This document shows positions 41,885 to 50,746 of a stretch of 64,000 nt of DNA, in pieces. The notes beneath the pieces are model-generated. The model was not told the origin of the DNA, ran no database searches, and saw only the letters and a program-made list of their open reading frames with translations. Location of the stretch: assembly GCA_945892985.1 (NCBI GenBank), contig CAMDDU010000023.1, positions 2,003 through 66,002 of the forward strand, given 5' to 3'. The position numbers were made by a program, and so were the translations under genes. Origin of the DNA: Bordetella parapertussis (lineage in GTDB: Bacteria; Pseudomonadota; Gammaproteobacteria; Burkholderiales; SG8-39). Position 1 is the stretch's first letter. Each line of letters opens with the position of its first letter.

Positions 41885-42177
41885 AACTCCCTGAACGAAA
41901 CGATGAGAACATCATCGATAACAGTCAACTTCAGCTACACCCCGCCCGCATCTGTGGTCGGCCGATACACGTCCTGCCCAATCCGGGGATCGGCGTGGGT
42001 CGTCATGCTCTTGTAGAAGTCCTTCGGCGTGAGGGCCATGATGACCGCGACAATTTCCTCAAAATTGAACCCCATGGCCGCCGCGCCAACGAGCGCCGAT
42101 TGGGTCGAGCGCACCTTGCCGGCTTCGATTAGCGTCCTAACGACTGCCAGCTTTCAGTGAGGAGTAGCTTTTTCCAC
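41881..42177 (-). pseudogene. mqsR: MqsR toxin with two in-frame stops
   Basis: MEKATPH*KLAVV...DFYKSMTTHAD...QDVYRP...V*LKLTVIDDVLIVSFREL; 99 codons, TGA at codon 8 and TAG at codon 81. Confidence 0.9.
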
Positions 42178-42186
42178 ACGGCATAT

Positions 42187-42201
42187 TAACCTAGTTGGTT
42201 A
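42187..42201. promoter_or_regulatory. MqsA-type operator palindrome TAACC-TAGTT-GGTTA
   Basis: Lies directly upstream of mqsR and resembles the TAACCT...AGGTTA MqsA box. Confidence 0.65.
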
Positions 42202-42259
42202 TATTTGGTAAGTAGGTTAATTTCACGGCACTAAAGGTGGACGTGACGCCCGTCAGAGT

Positions 42260-42283
42260 GTCTCAATCCCTTTGATTTCAGGG
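42260..42283. CRISPR. Isolated, degenerate CRISPR-repeat relic GTCTCAATCCCTTTGATTTCAGGG
   Basis: Has a CCCT..AGGG stem and resembles GTCTCAATCCCTTTG..CAGGG repeats of betaproteobacterial type III loci. About 1 kb from cas2-cas1-cas2. Its first 15 nt recur at 42550-42564. Not an array. Confidence 0.5.
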
Positions 42284-42590
42284 TGGGGAAACGGTGGGTC
42301 GAGCCGGTGGCCGGGGTGGGGGACTTTGAACCGCCGAGCCGATGGCCACGCTGGGGAAATTTGAATTTCGTCCGCCCACCCGCCGGGCCAGACTGCGGCT
42401 GATCTTGCGATCCACGCGAGTGATATGGGCGATCTCGTGCTGACTCTTGTTCGCGGCCAGCAGCGTGAGGATGGTGGTTTGCAAATGCGGCTTCAAGACG
42501 TTCACTCCAAGTTCCCTCGACGATCGAGGGAGAAGCGCCATGCAGCGGCGTCTCAATCCCTTTGCTCCGTCCTGCTGCGTCGTGCATGGC
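42284..42590 (-). mobile_element. IS21-family remnant (istA 5' end)
   Basis: From GTG 42505: VNVLKPHLQTTILTLLAANKSQHEIAHITRVDRK...NFPSVAIG...PPPRPPA (HTH start of IstA). Truncated, with no DDE domain and no istB. Confidence 0.75.
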
Positions 42591-42645
42591 AAGCTTGCCG
42601 TGTGGTGAGATGTGCGGCTACGCTACAAGGGGCCGCGGTTCCGAC

Positions 42646-42981
42646 TCATGCGTGCCGAGCCGCTTCTTTCAATACTTCCGCCGCCCATTGGTTCAGGCTT
42701 TTCCCCGCCGCCTGGGCGGCGATCAGGGCCGAGCCGTGCACTTCGGGCGGAACGCGCAACATCATTTTCCCGCTGGCGGGTTTTTCAGGCTCGATGCCCT
42801 TTGCCTTGCAGTCTTCGATCATAAAATCAATGGCAGCTTTGAAGTCGGCGCGCAACTTTGCGACCGTTTCGCCATGAAAGCCGATGATGGCGCGAACGCC
42901 AAGCACGCGCCCGACAAAAATGTTGTCGCGCTCGTCAAAATCGATGCGGGCCGTATAACCCCTGTATGTCATGCTGCTCAT
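42646..42981 (-). CDS. hicB: HicB antitoxin
   Basis: MTYRGY.A.I.FD, FHGETV and SGKMMLRVPPEVH...GKSLNQW. Confidence 0.93.
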   Translation of the reverse strand: MSSMTYRGYTARIDFDERDNIFVGRVLGVRAIIGFHGETVAKLRADFKAAIDFMIEDCKAKGIEPEKPASGKMMLRVPPEVHGSALIAAQAAGKSLNQWAAEVLKEAARHA

Positions 42982-43232
42982 GGCTTAATCCCCAGTCGCT
43001 GAAGAAATTCGCGTGCACTTTCCACCTGGTACTTCTTCGCCTCCTTGCCCGGGTGCGGTCGGTGCGCATGCCATTCTTCCACGCCGAGGGTAAATTTCAC
43101 CCGCGAGCCTTCGCGTTCATGCAATGTTGCGCCAAGGCCGAGTAACAGGCTTTCGATATCGGCAAAGGCGAGTGTTGCCGGTGTTGGCTTGGTGAATACG
43201 CTGCGAAGTGTTTTGGCATGCTTGCTTTTCAC
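42978..43232 (-). CDS. hicA: HicA toxin
   Basis: KHAKTL, EREGSRV and HRPHPGKEAKKYQV. GTG start; 4-bp overlap with hicB. Confidence 0.92.
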   Translation of the reverse strand: MKSKHAKTLRSVFTKPTPATLAFADIESLLLGLGATLHEREGSRVKFTLGVEEWHAHRPHPGKEAKKYQVESAREFLQRLGIKP

Positions 43233-43240
43233 GTTTCGAA

Positions 43241-43261
43241 TGATAGCAAATAGTGCAATCA
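43241..43261. promoter_or_regulatory. hicAB operator-like inverted repeat TGATAGCA-N5-TGCAATCA
   Basis: One-mismatch inverted repeat just upstream of the hicA start. Confidence 0.5.
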
Positions 43262-43307
43262 TAAGCAATCAGTTTCTGCAATCACGACGTCCCATGTCGG
43301 TCGCGCC

Positions 43308-43601
43308 TTATGCAATGCCCGCCGGCAAGCCCGTCCACTGGATGCCGGCGGGCAGGCTGGCGCGGCCGACGCGGCCCTGAAAACCGCGAACTGGCAGCGG
43401 GTAGCAACGTACGTCATCTTCGCCGTCTTTGATCAGGGACGCCATTTTCTCCAGGCAGCGGTCTTTGTCGGCATCATCACCGACCAGCAAAAACACGCTG
43501 TATTCGAGCGGCGTGGCGTGCTTGCACATTTCGCGATGCACGCGCTGCAACCGGCGCGGGTTGGCGATGTCATAGCCAATGACAAAGGCGCGCTCGCTCA
43601 C
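43308..43601 (-). CDS. cas2: CRISPR-associated Cas2 (second copy)
   Basis: FVIGYDIANPRRLQRV, YSVF and DDVRCY. Confidence 0.93.
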   Translation of the reverse strand: MSERAFVIGYDIANPRRLQRVHREMCKHATPLEYSVFLLVGDDADKDRCLEKMASLIKDGEDDVRCYPLPVRGFQGRVGRASLPAGIQWTGLPAGIA

Positions 43602-43603
43602 GC

Positions 43604-44593
43604 TCAGAATGGCACCGCGTCCGGGGCGGTGGTGGCGGCGTTAACCGTTGTCGCCGCTGCGCCAGTCTGCACGAGCGCCGCGGTCAGGTCCGAGCCGGCT
43701 TCCGAGAGTTTTTTGCGCAGTCGCTCGGCCAGGGGCTCCCACTCGGCATAAAAGCGCGCGCGGCTGGCCTTGCCCAGCCAGCAGCCGCCATCCACCTTGG
43801 AAAAATCATCGGCACGCAGCTTTTCAATGCGAAAAAGATGCTGCATGTGGCGATCGATCTCCACCCGCAGCGGCTCGACCACGTCGCAGGCGAGTGATTC
43901 GCGACCAAAGTCGAGGCTGTGATAAAAACCGATGAACGGGTCAAAGCCGGTTCCGTAAAGGGCAAGCACTGCCTCGGCGCGCAGCTGCGTATAGCCAAGG
44001 GAGAGCGCCGCGTTGACCGGGTCTTTGGGCGGGCGCCGGTTTCGTGTGGAAAACTTCAGCCGTTCGGGCAACAGATCGCCAAACCCCTCAAAGTAAGCCG
44101 CCGCACCCGCACCCTCCAGGCCGCGCAGCGAACCGACCGACATTTGCTGACCGACTGCGGCAATGGCGTTTTCAATCCGGCGCAACGAGTGGTTCAAAAG
44201 GTAGTGCGAACGCGGCTCGTCATCGCGCCGTTCGGCCAGGAAGGCCGCTTGCGAGCGCAGCTTGGCTTCAACAACACTGTGTGCAAAACGCAGACAAAAG
44301 CCCGTGTCTTGCGACAGCCGGTACTGCTCAACCCGTCGTGCCGCGTCGTTGTGCGGCCGGCCAAGCAGCAGGGTCGGTTCCGCTTTGCGGCCAGAGAGCA
44401 CCACCACGCCAATGCTGCGTTCGCCGAGCCTGCCAAGCAGTGAAGATAACAGCGTCACATCGCCACGCAGGAAGACGCGCGACAAAGGCGCGAGCGGAAC
44501 CGTGCCGACGCGTTTGCCATTCTCGTAGAACATCAGGGCCTCGCCGTCGGCCTTTAGCGTTACCCCGCGTCTATCCACATACAAACTGGTCAT
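43604..44593 (-). CDS. cas1: CRISPR-associated integrase Cas1
   Basis: LRGLEG..A..YF, RNRRPPKDPVNAALSLGY, GFDPFIGFYH and SLACDVVEPLR; catalytic E/H/D-E present. Confidence 0.96.
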   Translation of the reverse strand: MTSLYVDRRGVTLKADGEALMFYENGKRVGTVPLAPLSRVFLRGDVTLLSSLLGRLGERSIGVVVLSGRKAEPTLLLGRPHNDAARRVEQYRLSQDTGFCLRFAHSVVEAKLRSQAAFLAERRDDEPRSHYLLNHSLRRIENAIAAVGQQMSVGSLRGLEGAGAAAYFEGFGDLLPERLKFSTRNRRPPKDPVNAALSLGYTQLRAEAVLALYGTGFDPFIGFYHSLDFGRESLACDVVEPLRVEIDRHMQHLFRIEKLRADDFSKVDGGCWLGKASRARFYAEWEPLAERLRKKLSEAGSDLTAALVQTGAAATTVNAATTAPDAVPF

Positions 44594-44608
44594 TGCGCTA
44601 TCCGTTCA

Positions 44609-44896
44609 TCAGACGATCGTGAATACGTTGGTCACCGGCTCGGTCGCACGCCCCAGCCCCTCGCTTTTCATGCGCGGGTCAAGCTGGAATATATGCGCCC
44701 GGTCTTCCGTGGGCTCAAGCAGGCGATCGAGCGTCTGCCGTACTTCGTGCAACTCCGCTGGCGTCAGCCAGCACTCAAAGAATGATTTTTGCCCGCCCAC
44801 CCGATAGCCGAGCAAATATTTGTGTACCCGATAGAGTCGCCTCGGGTTGCAGATGTCGTAGCACACCAAGAAAAGGGTTCTCGCTGCATCACTCAT
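44609..44896 (-). CDS. cas2: CRISPR-associated Cas2
   Basis: FLVCYDICNPRRL, QKSFFEC and EDR. Confidence 0.93.
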   Translation of the reverse strand: MSDAARTLFLVCYDICNPRRLYRVHKYLLGYRVGGQKSFFECWLTPAELHEVRQTLDRLLEPTEDRAHIFQLDPRMKSEGLGRATEPVTNVFTIV

Positions 44897-45276
44897 GCAT
44901 CAACGATAGATTGGACACGGTTATTGCGCCAGACTGGCAAGCTTGTCGTGGAGCAATGGTTTGATGCGGTTGCACGGTACCGGCACATACGGAGCGCTCT
45001 GAACTGCCAGGGGATGTGCGGATCGGCAAAGTACACCTTTACGAAACAGGTACAAGATCAGGCGGAGCTGGGGCGGGACATGTCCCGTATGGTCAAAAAA
45101 CCGGAAGCTACTGAAGCTGCGGTCGTTTTGGGCTGCGAGGGCTCTCAGGGGCAGGAGGGAATGCGCGGAGGCAAGATTTGCGGAGTTTTAGGAAATGTCG
45201 CGCATGGAACGCATACAGCTTTGCCCGGACTCGAACCCGGGACCTGCGGATGAACAGAACAGGTCCGTGCTGTCCT

Positions 45277-45762
45277 TCAGTTGCGCAGCGCCGCGCGCAG
45301 CCGCCGCACCAGTTCGGCCGGCTCCATGGCGACATCCAGTTCGATGGCCTCAGCCGGTGTTTCAAGAATGGCGAACTGTGAGTCGAGCAGCGCCGGGTTC
45401 ATGTAGTGGCCCTGGCGCGGCAGCAGGCGGCTGCGGATTAGCGCCTTGTCGCCGGCAAGAAAGGCAAAACGCAGGCTGGGGCATCGCGCCGATAAGCGGT
45501 CGCGGTAGGCTTGCTTGAGTGCGGAGCAGGCCAGTACCACGCTCTTGCCCTTTGTCTCGTGCTCGGCGAGCAGCGTACCTAGCCGCTCCAGCCACGGCCC
45601 GCGGTCTTGGTCGTTGAGCGCTTCGCCGCGACGCATTTTCTCGACATTCTGCGGCGGATGAAAATCATCGGCGTCGAAAAAATGCGAGCCGCAGGCGCCG
45701 GCCAGCATTGCGCCCACCGTGGTCTTGCCGCAGCCGGTGACGCCCATCACCACAACAATCAT
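45277..45762 (-). CDS. gntK: Gluconokinase
   Basis: MGVTGCGKTT, DADDFHP..N..KM, ACSALK and LLDSQF..LE. Confidence 0.92.
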   Translation of the reverse strand: MIVVVMGVTGCGKTTVGAMLAGACGSHFFDADDFHPPQNVEKMRRGEALNDQDRGPWLERLGTLLAEHETKGKSVVLACSALKQAYRDRLSARCPSLRFAFLAGDKALIRSRLLPRQGHYMNPALLDSQFAILETPAEAIELDVAMEPAELVRRLRAALRN

Positions 45763-45809
45763 CGCCCGCTTCCCCAATCATGGCCCGCCGTCATTACAAC
45801 AGAACGGCG

Positions 45810-46186
45810 GCCGGACGTGAGCGGCTCAGTTGGTCTGCGCCGGTTCCGGCGCGGACCGGTTTTTATGCGAGCGCGGCTTGCGCCTCGATATCAAGATGGA
45901 ACTGGGGAGCAACGAGGCGATCAAGCAGGCCGTGGCCGGCGGACTGGGCCTGTCCTTTCTTTCCCTGCACGCGCTGGGCCCGGATGCCGCGCCGCGTTCG
46001 CTGGTGGCTTTGAATGTGGAAGCTCTTCCCATACGCCGGCACTGGTATATCGTCTATCCGGCCGGCAAGCGCCTTTCCGTCGTCGCGCAGGCGTTTTTCG
46101 CCCACCTCAAAGCCGAGGGCAGTCAGATCAAGTTGCCGTCCCTGGCGTGGTTTTCACCCCGCGGTGGCACGGTGCAGCGCGCGTAG
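45810..46186 (+). pseudogene. C-terminal fragment of a CbbR/CysL-like LysR regulator
   Basis: MELGSNEAIKQAVAGGLGLS.LS.H and R.WYIV...GKRLS.VAQAF; no N-terminal HTH. Confidence 0.8.
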
Positions 46187-46300
46187 CGCCCGGTTTGTCC
46201 GCAATGCAGCCATGAAATTTCATGCTGTTGTGACAGGAAGCCGCATCGGCGCCGGTGGCGGCCGATATAATGCGCATATCGTTCACGCAGGAGTCTGAAA

Positions 46301-47890
46301 TTGCAACGCGATTTGATGGCACCTCCTGTCATTGATGCCGGCACCGAGCCTGTGCCGGGTAACATCCCGCCCGACCAGGTTGCGCCGGACGCGCTCGTTG
46401 GCATCCGCCGACTGCAGACCAATCCCAAACGCTGGGAAGGGCGCAATTGGACGGGTTTCGTTGCGGCCTTGCACGATGCCGGGGTGGAGTGCCTGGAGCA
46501 GGTGCCCGTTGGCGGCACCTTTTGTTCGGATGCAGGCGGTATGGCATATGGCATGCCCCATGGTGTGGTGATCGCGCGCAGCGCGCAGCAGATTGCCGCG
46601 CTACTCAAGGCGGCGCAATCGCACGCCGTTCCTGTCACGGTGCGCGGCGGCGGTCTTACGACCGAGGGCGAGTCGGTGGCCTTCGGCGGCGTGCTGCTCG
46701 ACATGACCGGCATGAGCAAAGTGATCGCGGTCGACAAGGCGGCGCTGACGGTGCGCACCCAGGCCGGTATTTTCTGGCACAGCCTGGCCGAGTCCTTGCG
46801 CCGTCATGGCATGGACTATCTCTCGGCGCCGCTCAACCTGACCTCGTCGGTGGGTGGCTCCATCAATGTCGGCGGCATCGACGTCAATTCAGCGCGCCTT
46901 GGTTGCAGCGCGGATCAGGCGCTGGCGCTGCAGGTGGTCACGCCCACCGGCGACATCGTCGAGTGCTCGGATACGCTGAATCCGGAGTTTTTCCAGCGCG
47001 TGATCCTCGGCTACGGCCAGTTTGGCGTGATCACTGAGGCGACGTTGCGCATCCGGCCCTACACGCCGCTCAGGATGCATTATTTTTACTACACGTCGCT
47101 GCGCACGGCCATCGAGGATTTGCAGCTGCTCGATCGCAATGACGCGTCCGATTACTCGGGTATTCTTACCATGATGGATACGGTGGTGAATCTGTTAGTG
47201 GCATTTGATTCGGACGAGCGTGAGGCCGCTTTCATGGGGAAATGGAAGGCGCAGTTGCGCGGTTACGGCGAGGCGGCTTTTACGCCGCGCATGATCGCCT
47301 TTTTCGCGTTGCGACCGTGGCGGCTGCGCGAGGCGCTGTGGCTGAAAAAGCGCAAAAGCCAGCTGTTTCCCGAATTTCGTCGGCCCGAGCATGTGCGTGA
47401 GGGCAAGATGTCCGACCGCACCGTCGTGTTCTCGCGCGCGGTTTGGAAATACTGGGGTGGTCGCCAGGTGGTGATTCCTGATCTGGCCACCTCGGAACAG
47501 AAATTTATCGAGGCGGTGGAGCGCGGCAACGCCGTGTGCAGGAAATATTTTCGCTATTACACCTTGTACTGCGTCGGTATCAAACTGCGCGAGGATCACA
47601 GGCCGCATTACGAAATGAGCTGCATCCCGCCCGATGCCCAAGGCCGCGCCTATGGCTGCGAATTCGAACCTGTGATTGGTGACGACATCATCAGCCGCGA
47701 CACGCTGCAATCGTTCAAAAACGAGATCTATGACATCGGTGTCGACATCGGTGCCAGTTATTACCGTTTCGGCGGCATGATGAAGGGTTATATCCGGCGG
47801 GTGTTCGGTGACGCGGTGGTGGACCGGCACCTGGCGATGAAGCGCGCGGCCGACCCGGCGATGATACTTAACCGCAATGTGATTTTCTGA
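46301..47890 (+). CDS. FAD-binding oxidoreductase (VAO/PCMH fold)
   Basis: PVTVRGGG, GGVLLDM, SVGGSINVGG, GYGQFGVITEATL and DPAMILN. AGGAG RBS before the TTG start. Confidence 0.88.
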   Translation: MQRDLMAPPVIDAGTEPVPGNIPPDQVAPDALVGIRRLQTNPKRWEGRNWTGFVAALHDAGVECLEQVPVGGTFCSDAGGMAYGMPHGVVIARSAQQIAALLKAAQSHAVPVTVRGGGLTTEGESVAFGGVLLDMTGMSKVIAVDKAALTVRTQAGIFWHSLAESLRRHGMDYLSAPLNLTSSVGGSINVGGIDVNSARLGCSADQALALQVVTPTGDIVECSDTLNPEFFQRVILGYGQFGVITEATLRIRPYTPLRMHYFYYTSLRTAIEDLQLLDRNDASDYSGILTMMDTVVNLLVAFDSDEREAAFMGKWKAQLRGYGEAAFTPRMIAFFALRPWRLREALWLKKRKSQLFPEFRRPEHVREGKMSDRTVVFSRAVWKYWGGRQVVIPDLATSEQKFIEAVERGNAVCRKYFRYYTLYCVGIKLREDHRPHYEMSCIPPDAQGRAYGCEFEPVIGDDIISRDTLQSFKNEIYDIGVDIGASYYRFGGMMKGYIRRVFGDAVVDRHLAMKRAADPAMILNRNVIF

Positions 47891-48879
47891 TGATGACTGC
47901 GCTGTCGGTTACAACGGATACAAGGGTGACAAGCTTGAGTGGGGGCCGAACAAAAGGTTTTGAGGCCTGCACCGGCTGCAGTTTGTGCCTGCTCGCCTGC
48001 CCGGTGTGGCGCTCGACGCACGACATACGCCTGACGCCCCACGGTCGCGCCAAGGCGATGCAGCACGGCGCAGGCGCCGGTGATCTCGCCGCGTCCATTG
48101 ATTCGTGCACCTTGTGCGGCGCCTGCGAGCCGGCCTGTCCGGAGGATATCGCGCTGGTTGACTTGATTGTCGCGTTGCGCGCGCCATCGCAGCCTGCGGG
48201 TATGGCGAGGCAGGCGGCGATGCCGCCGGGCGCGCGCCAGGGCGAAGCGGTGTTGCTGGCTGACGCGGCGCTGGCGGCCAACGCCGGGGTACTGGCACAA
48301 ACCGTGGCACTGCTGGGCGGCATGGCTGTGGCGTCCGACAAGGGCGCAGATATTGCGCTCGCGCTCGAGTCGGGCGCGGCCATAGCGCCCGCGCGTCTGG
48401 AGGCATTTTTGTCGCCGCTGCGCGGCGCGCAAGCCCTGGTCGTTGCCGACGGCCTGCTACTGCGCGCATTGCGCGGCTGGCTGCCGTCCTCGTCCTCGTA
48501 CTTAAGGGTGCAAAGCCTGGGAGAGGCCGCGAGCCGCACTGTCGCCGTGCGTGCCGCGCTGGGGCGCGGGGATTTTTATGTCATCGAACCGCGTGCTTAT
48601 CACGCCGACCGCGAGCGCCTGGTCGGCCATTACGACGAGCTGCGCCACGCCACGGGCTGCGGCATCAACCTTGACATGCAACGGCTGGCCGTTCCGACCA
48701 CCGCCAACAGCCTGCCGCAACGCGCCGGACGCAACCGCGTCGATGTGTCGGCGCAGGCGCGCTGGATAGTCGAAGGCAAGGCATTTTCCCGTATCGTTGT
48801 CGAAGATATCAATGATGTTGCGGCATTCCGGACCATTACCGACAAGCCGGTGCTGCACGTCGCGCAGCTCGCGGCCTGA
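47890..48879 (+). CDS. 4Fe-4S dicluster protein (GlcF-like N-terminus)
   Basis: CTGCSLCLLACP and CTLCGACEPACP. Confidence 0.85.
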   Translation: MMTALSVTTDTRVTSLSGGRTKGFEACTGCSLCLLACPVWRSTHDIRLTPHGRAKAMQHGAGAGDLAASIDSCTLCGACEPACPEDIALVDLIVALRAPSQPAGMARQAAMPPGARQGEAVLLADAALAANAGVLAQTVALLGGMAVASDKGADIALALESGAAIAPARLEAFLSPLRGAQALVVADGLLLRALRGWLPSSSSYLRVQSLGEAASRTVAVRAALGRGDFYVIEPRAYHADRERLVGHYDELRHATGCGINLDMQRLAVPTTANSLPQRAGRNRVDVSAQARWIVEGKAFSRIVVEDINDVAAFRTITDKPVLHVAQLAA

Positions 48880-48895
48880 GCGGGCAAGGAAACCC

Positions 48896-50104
48896 ATGCG
48901 AACCACAGATGTCATCATCGTCGGGGCGAGCCTCGCGGCTGCGGCTGCGGCCAAGCGCCTCGTTGACGCCGGCCTTGAGACGCTCATACTCGAGCGCCAG
49001 GCCTTGCCGCGTCACAAAATATGCAGCGGCATTCTGTCGCCGCGAGGACACCGCTTTCTGATAGAAAATTTCGGCCCGCTGCCGCGTGAAGTGCTGCACG
49101 AACCGACCTGGTGTCGCGGCGTGACGTTTCACTTTCCCAGCATGGTTTCCCTGAGCATGGATTTTTTCGGCGGCACCACGCCGCACCTGCACCGCAAGTA
49201 TTCCGACCATTGGGCGATCAAACGCAGCGGCGCGGAGGTGCACGACAAGACCTCGTTTGTCGGGCTGGAGCAGCATGAGGGTCATGTCATCGTCACGGCG
49301 CGCAAGGACGGCGAGGATGTGGTCTACCGCGCGCGCCACATCATTGGCGCAGACGGCCCCAGTTCGCCGGTCATACGCGCGCTGTATCCGGACTACCCGA
49401 AGCAGATCCCGTGGTTTTTTGTCGGGCAGAAGTTCCACAACATCATCGCGTGCCCGCTCGATCACGCGTATTTCCACTTCTGGTTCAATCCTGATCTCGG
49501 GCATTACACTTGGAGCCACGCGCGCGACGGCCAGCAGATTGTCGGCGTGGGCTTCAAGGCCGGCGATAATTTCGACGCGAAACACAAAAACGTCGTGCGC
49601 TACTTCGAGGAAAAGCACGGCGTCAAACTCGACCCCCACTCCACGCATGAGGGCTGCGCCGAGAACTTCGGGCCTTCGCTTATCAACCGCTACGTTTTCG
49701 GCAAAGGCAATGTGCTGGTCACCGGCCAGGCGGCGGGTTTTTTGAACATGATAGGAGAGGGCATGAGTTGCGCCCTGCATTCGGGGGCGATAGCCGGGGA
49801 GGCCATTGTCGAGGCGCGCCTGCGTAAGCGGCCGGTGCAGGAGATGTACCGGAAAATGATCGCATCAGAGGTCAGGCGCACCACCGACCAGTGGAATCCG
49901 CTGAAAATTGCGTTTGACCGGCCGCACGAGGCCGACTTTCCGGCGGCGCTGATGAAGCTGTCCTGGCGCGAGCGCGGCCTGGTGATGCGCGACATGTGGC
50001 GTTTCATCGTGCTGTACAAGGAATTCAAGTGGGGCCGGCAAATTTTTCAGTCTGCCATGAGCCGCATAGGGGCCGCCGGTTACCCGACCGGACGCTGGGG
50101 CTGA
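48896..50104 (+). CDS. Geranylgeranyl reductase-like FAD-dependent oxidoreductase
   Basis: DVIIVGAS, PRHKICSG, IGADG and GQAAGF....GEGM..A..SG. Start MRTTDV. Confidence 0.85.
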   Translation: MRTTDVIIVGASLAAAAAAKRLVDAGLETLILERQALPRHKICSGILSPRGHRFLIENFGPLPREVLHEPTWCRGVTFHFPSMVSLSMDFFGGTTPHLHRKYSDHWAIKRSGAEVHDKTSFVGLEQHEGHVIVTARKDGEDVVYRARHIIGADGPSSPVIRALYPDYPKQIPWFFVGQKFHNIIACPLDHAYFHFWFNPDLGHYTWSHARDGQQIVGVGFKAGDNFDAKHKNVVRYFEEKHGVKLDPHSTHEGCAENFGPSLINRYVFGKGNVLVTGQAAGFLNMIGEGMSCALHSGAIAGEAIVEARLRKRPVQEMYRKMIASEVRRTTDQWNPLKIAFDRPHEADFPAALMKLSWRERGLVMRDMWRFIVLYKEFKWGRQIFQSAMSRIGAAGYPTGRWG

Positions 50105-50348
50105 GCCTCCCGGTATCGCGCAGTTCTTGCGGTCGGGAATAGGCTGGCAGCAGGCTCACCGGACTGCTTGCGAATAAGCCAGATCCGGGCGGTTGAGGCT
50201 GGCTCGCGCCGGGGGTATGGCGCGCAAATGCCCGACTGGCGCGGCTTTCGGGGTGGTGGCTGGTTTGCGCTATGTCCTTTCAGGTAATTGCAGGTGGCCG
50301 CGGAATCGCCCATACTGCGGCGACCAATAACTCAAAAGGGGATGGACT

Positions 50349-50726
50349 GTGGCGACCGTCGAGCTGACCAAGGAAAACTTCGAGCAAGTTGTCGCCGGGA
50401 ACGACATGGTGGTGGTCGATTTTTGGGCGCCCTGGTGCGGTCCGTGCCGGGCCTTCGCGCCGACTTACGAGGCCGAGTCCGAGAAGCACGCCGATGTGGT
50501 GTTCGCCAAGCTCAACACCGAAGACGAGCAGGAGGTCGCCGCCGCCTTCAATATCCGCTCCATTCCGACCTTGATGATCTTTCGGGAAAAGGTGGTGTTG
50601 TTTTCTGAGGCCGGTGCATTGCCGGCATCGGCGCTCGGGCAGGTGCTGGCGCAGGCCAAGACCATAGATATGGCCAAGGTTCATCTGGAAATTGCACAGC
50701 AGCAGGGCCAGCAGGCCGCGAACTAG
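50349..50726 (+). CDS. Thioredoxin
   Basis: DFWAPWCGPC and SIPT. Confidence 0.95.
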   Translation: MATVELTKENFEQVVAGNDMVVVDFWAPWCGPCRAFAPTYEAESEKHADVVFAKLNTEDEQEVAAAFNIRSIPTLMIFREKVVLFSEAGALPASALGQVLAQAKTIDMAKVHLEIAQQQGQQAAN

Positions 50727-50746
50727 CACCACATGCCCGTCGTCGC

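Noticed and set aside
41881-42177. Stop-codon recoding (Sec/Pyl or alternative code) in mqsR
   Set aside because: Two different stop codons, and TGA and TAG terminate neighbouring genes normally; pseudogenisation is simpler.
43604-44593. Casposon (Cas1-solo)
   Set aside because: Flanked by two cas2 genes, with no family B polymerase and no terminal inverted repeats.
42200-45260. A bona fide CRISPR array near cas1
   Set aside because: Only one 24-nt and one 15-nt repeat-like piece, 290 bp apart; no regular repeat-spacer periodicity anywhere in the window. ATTTCACGGCA at 42220 is too weak and wrongly spaced.
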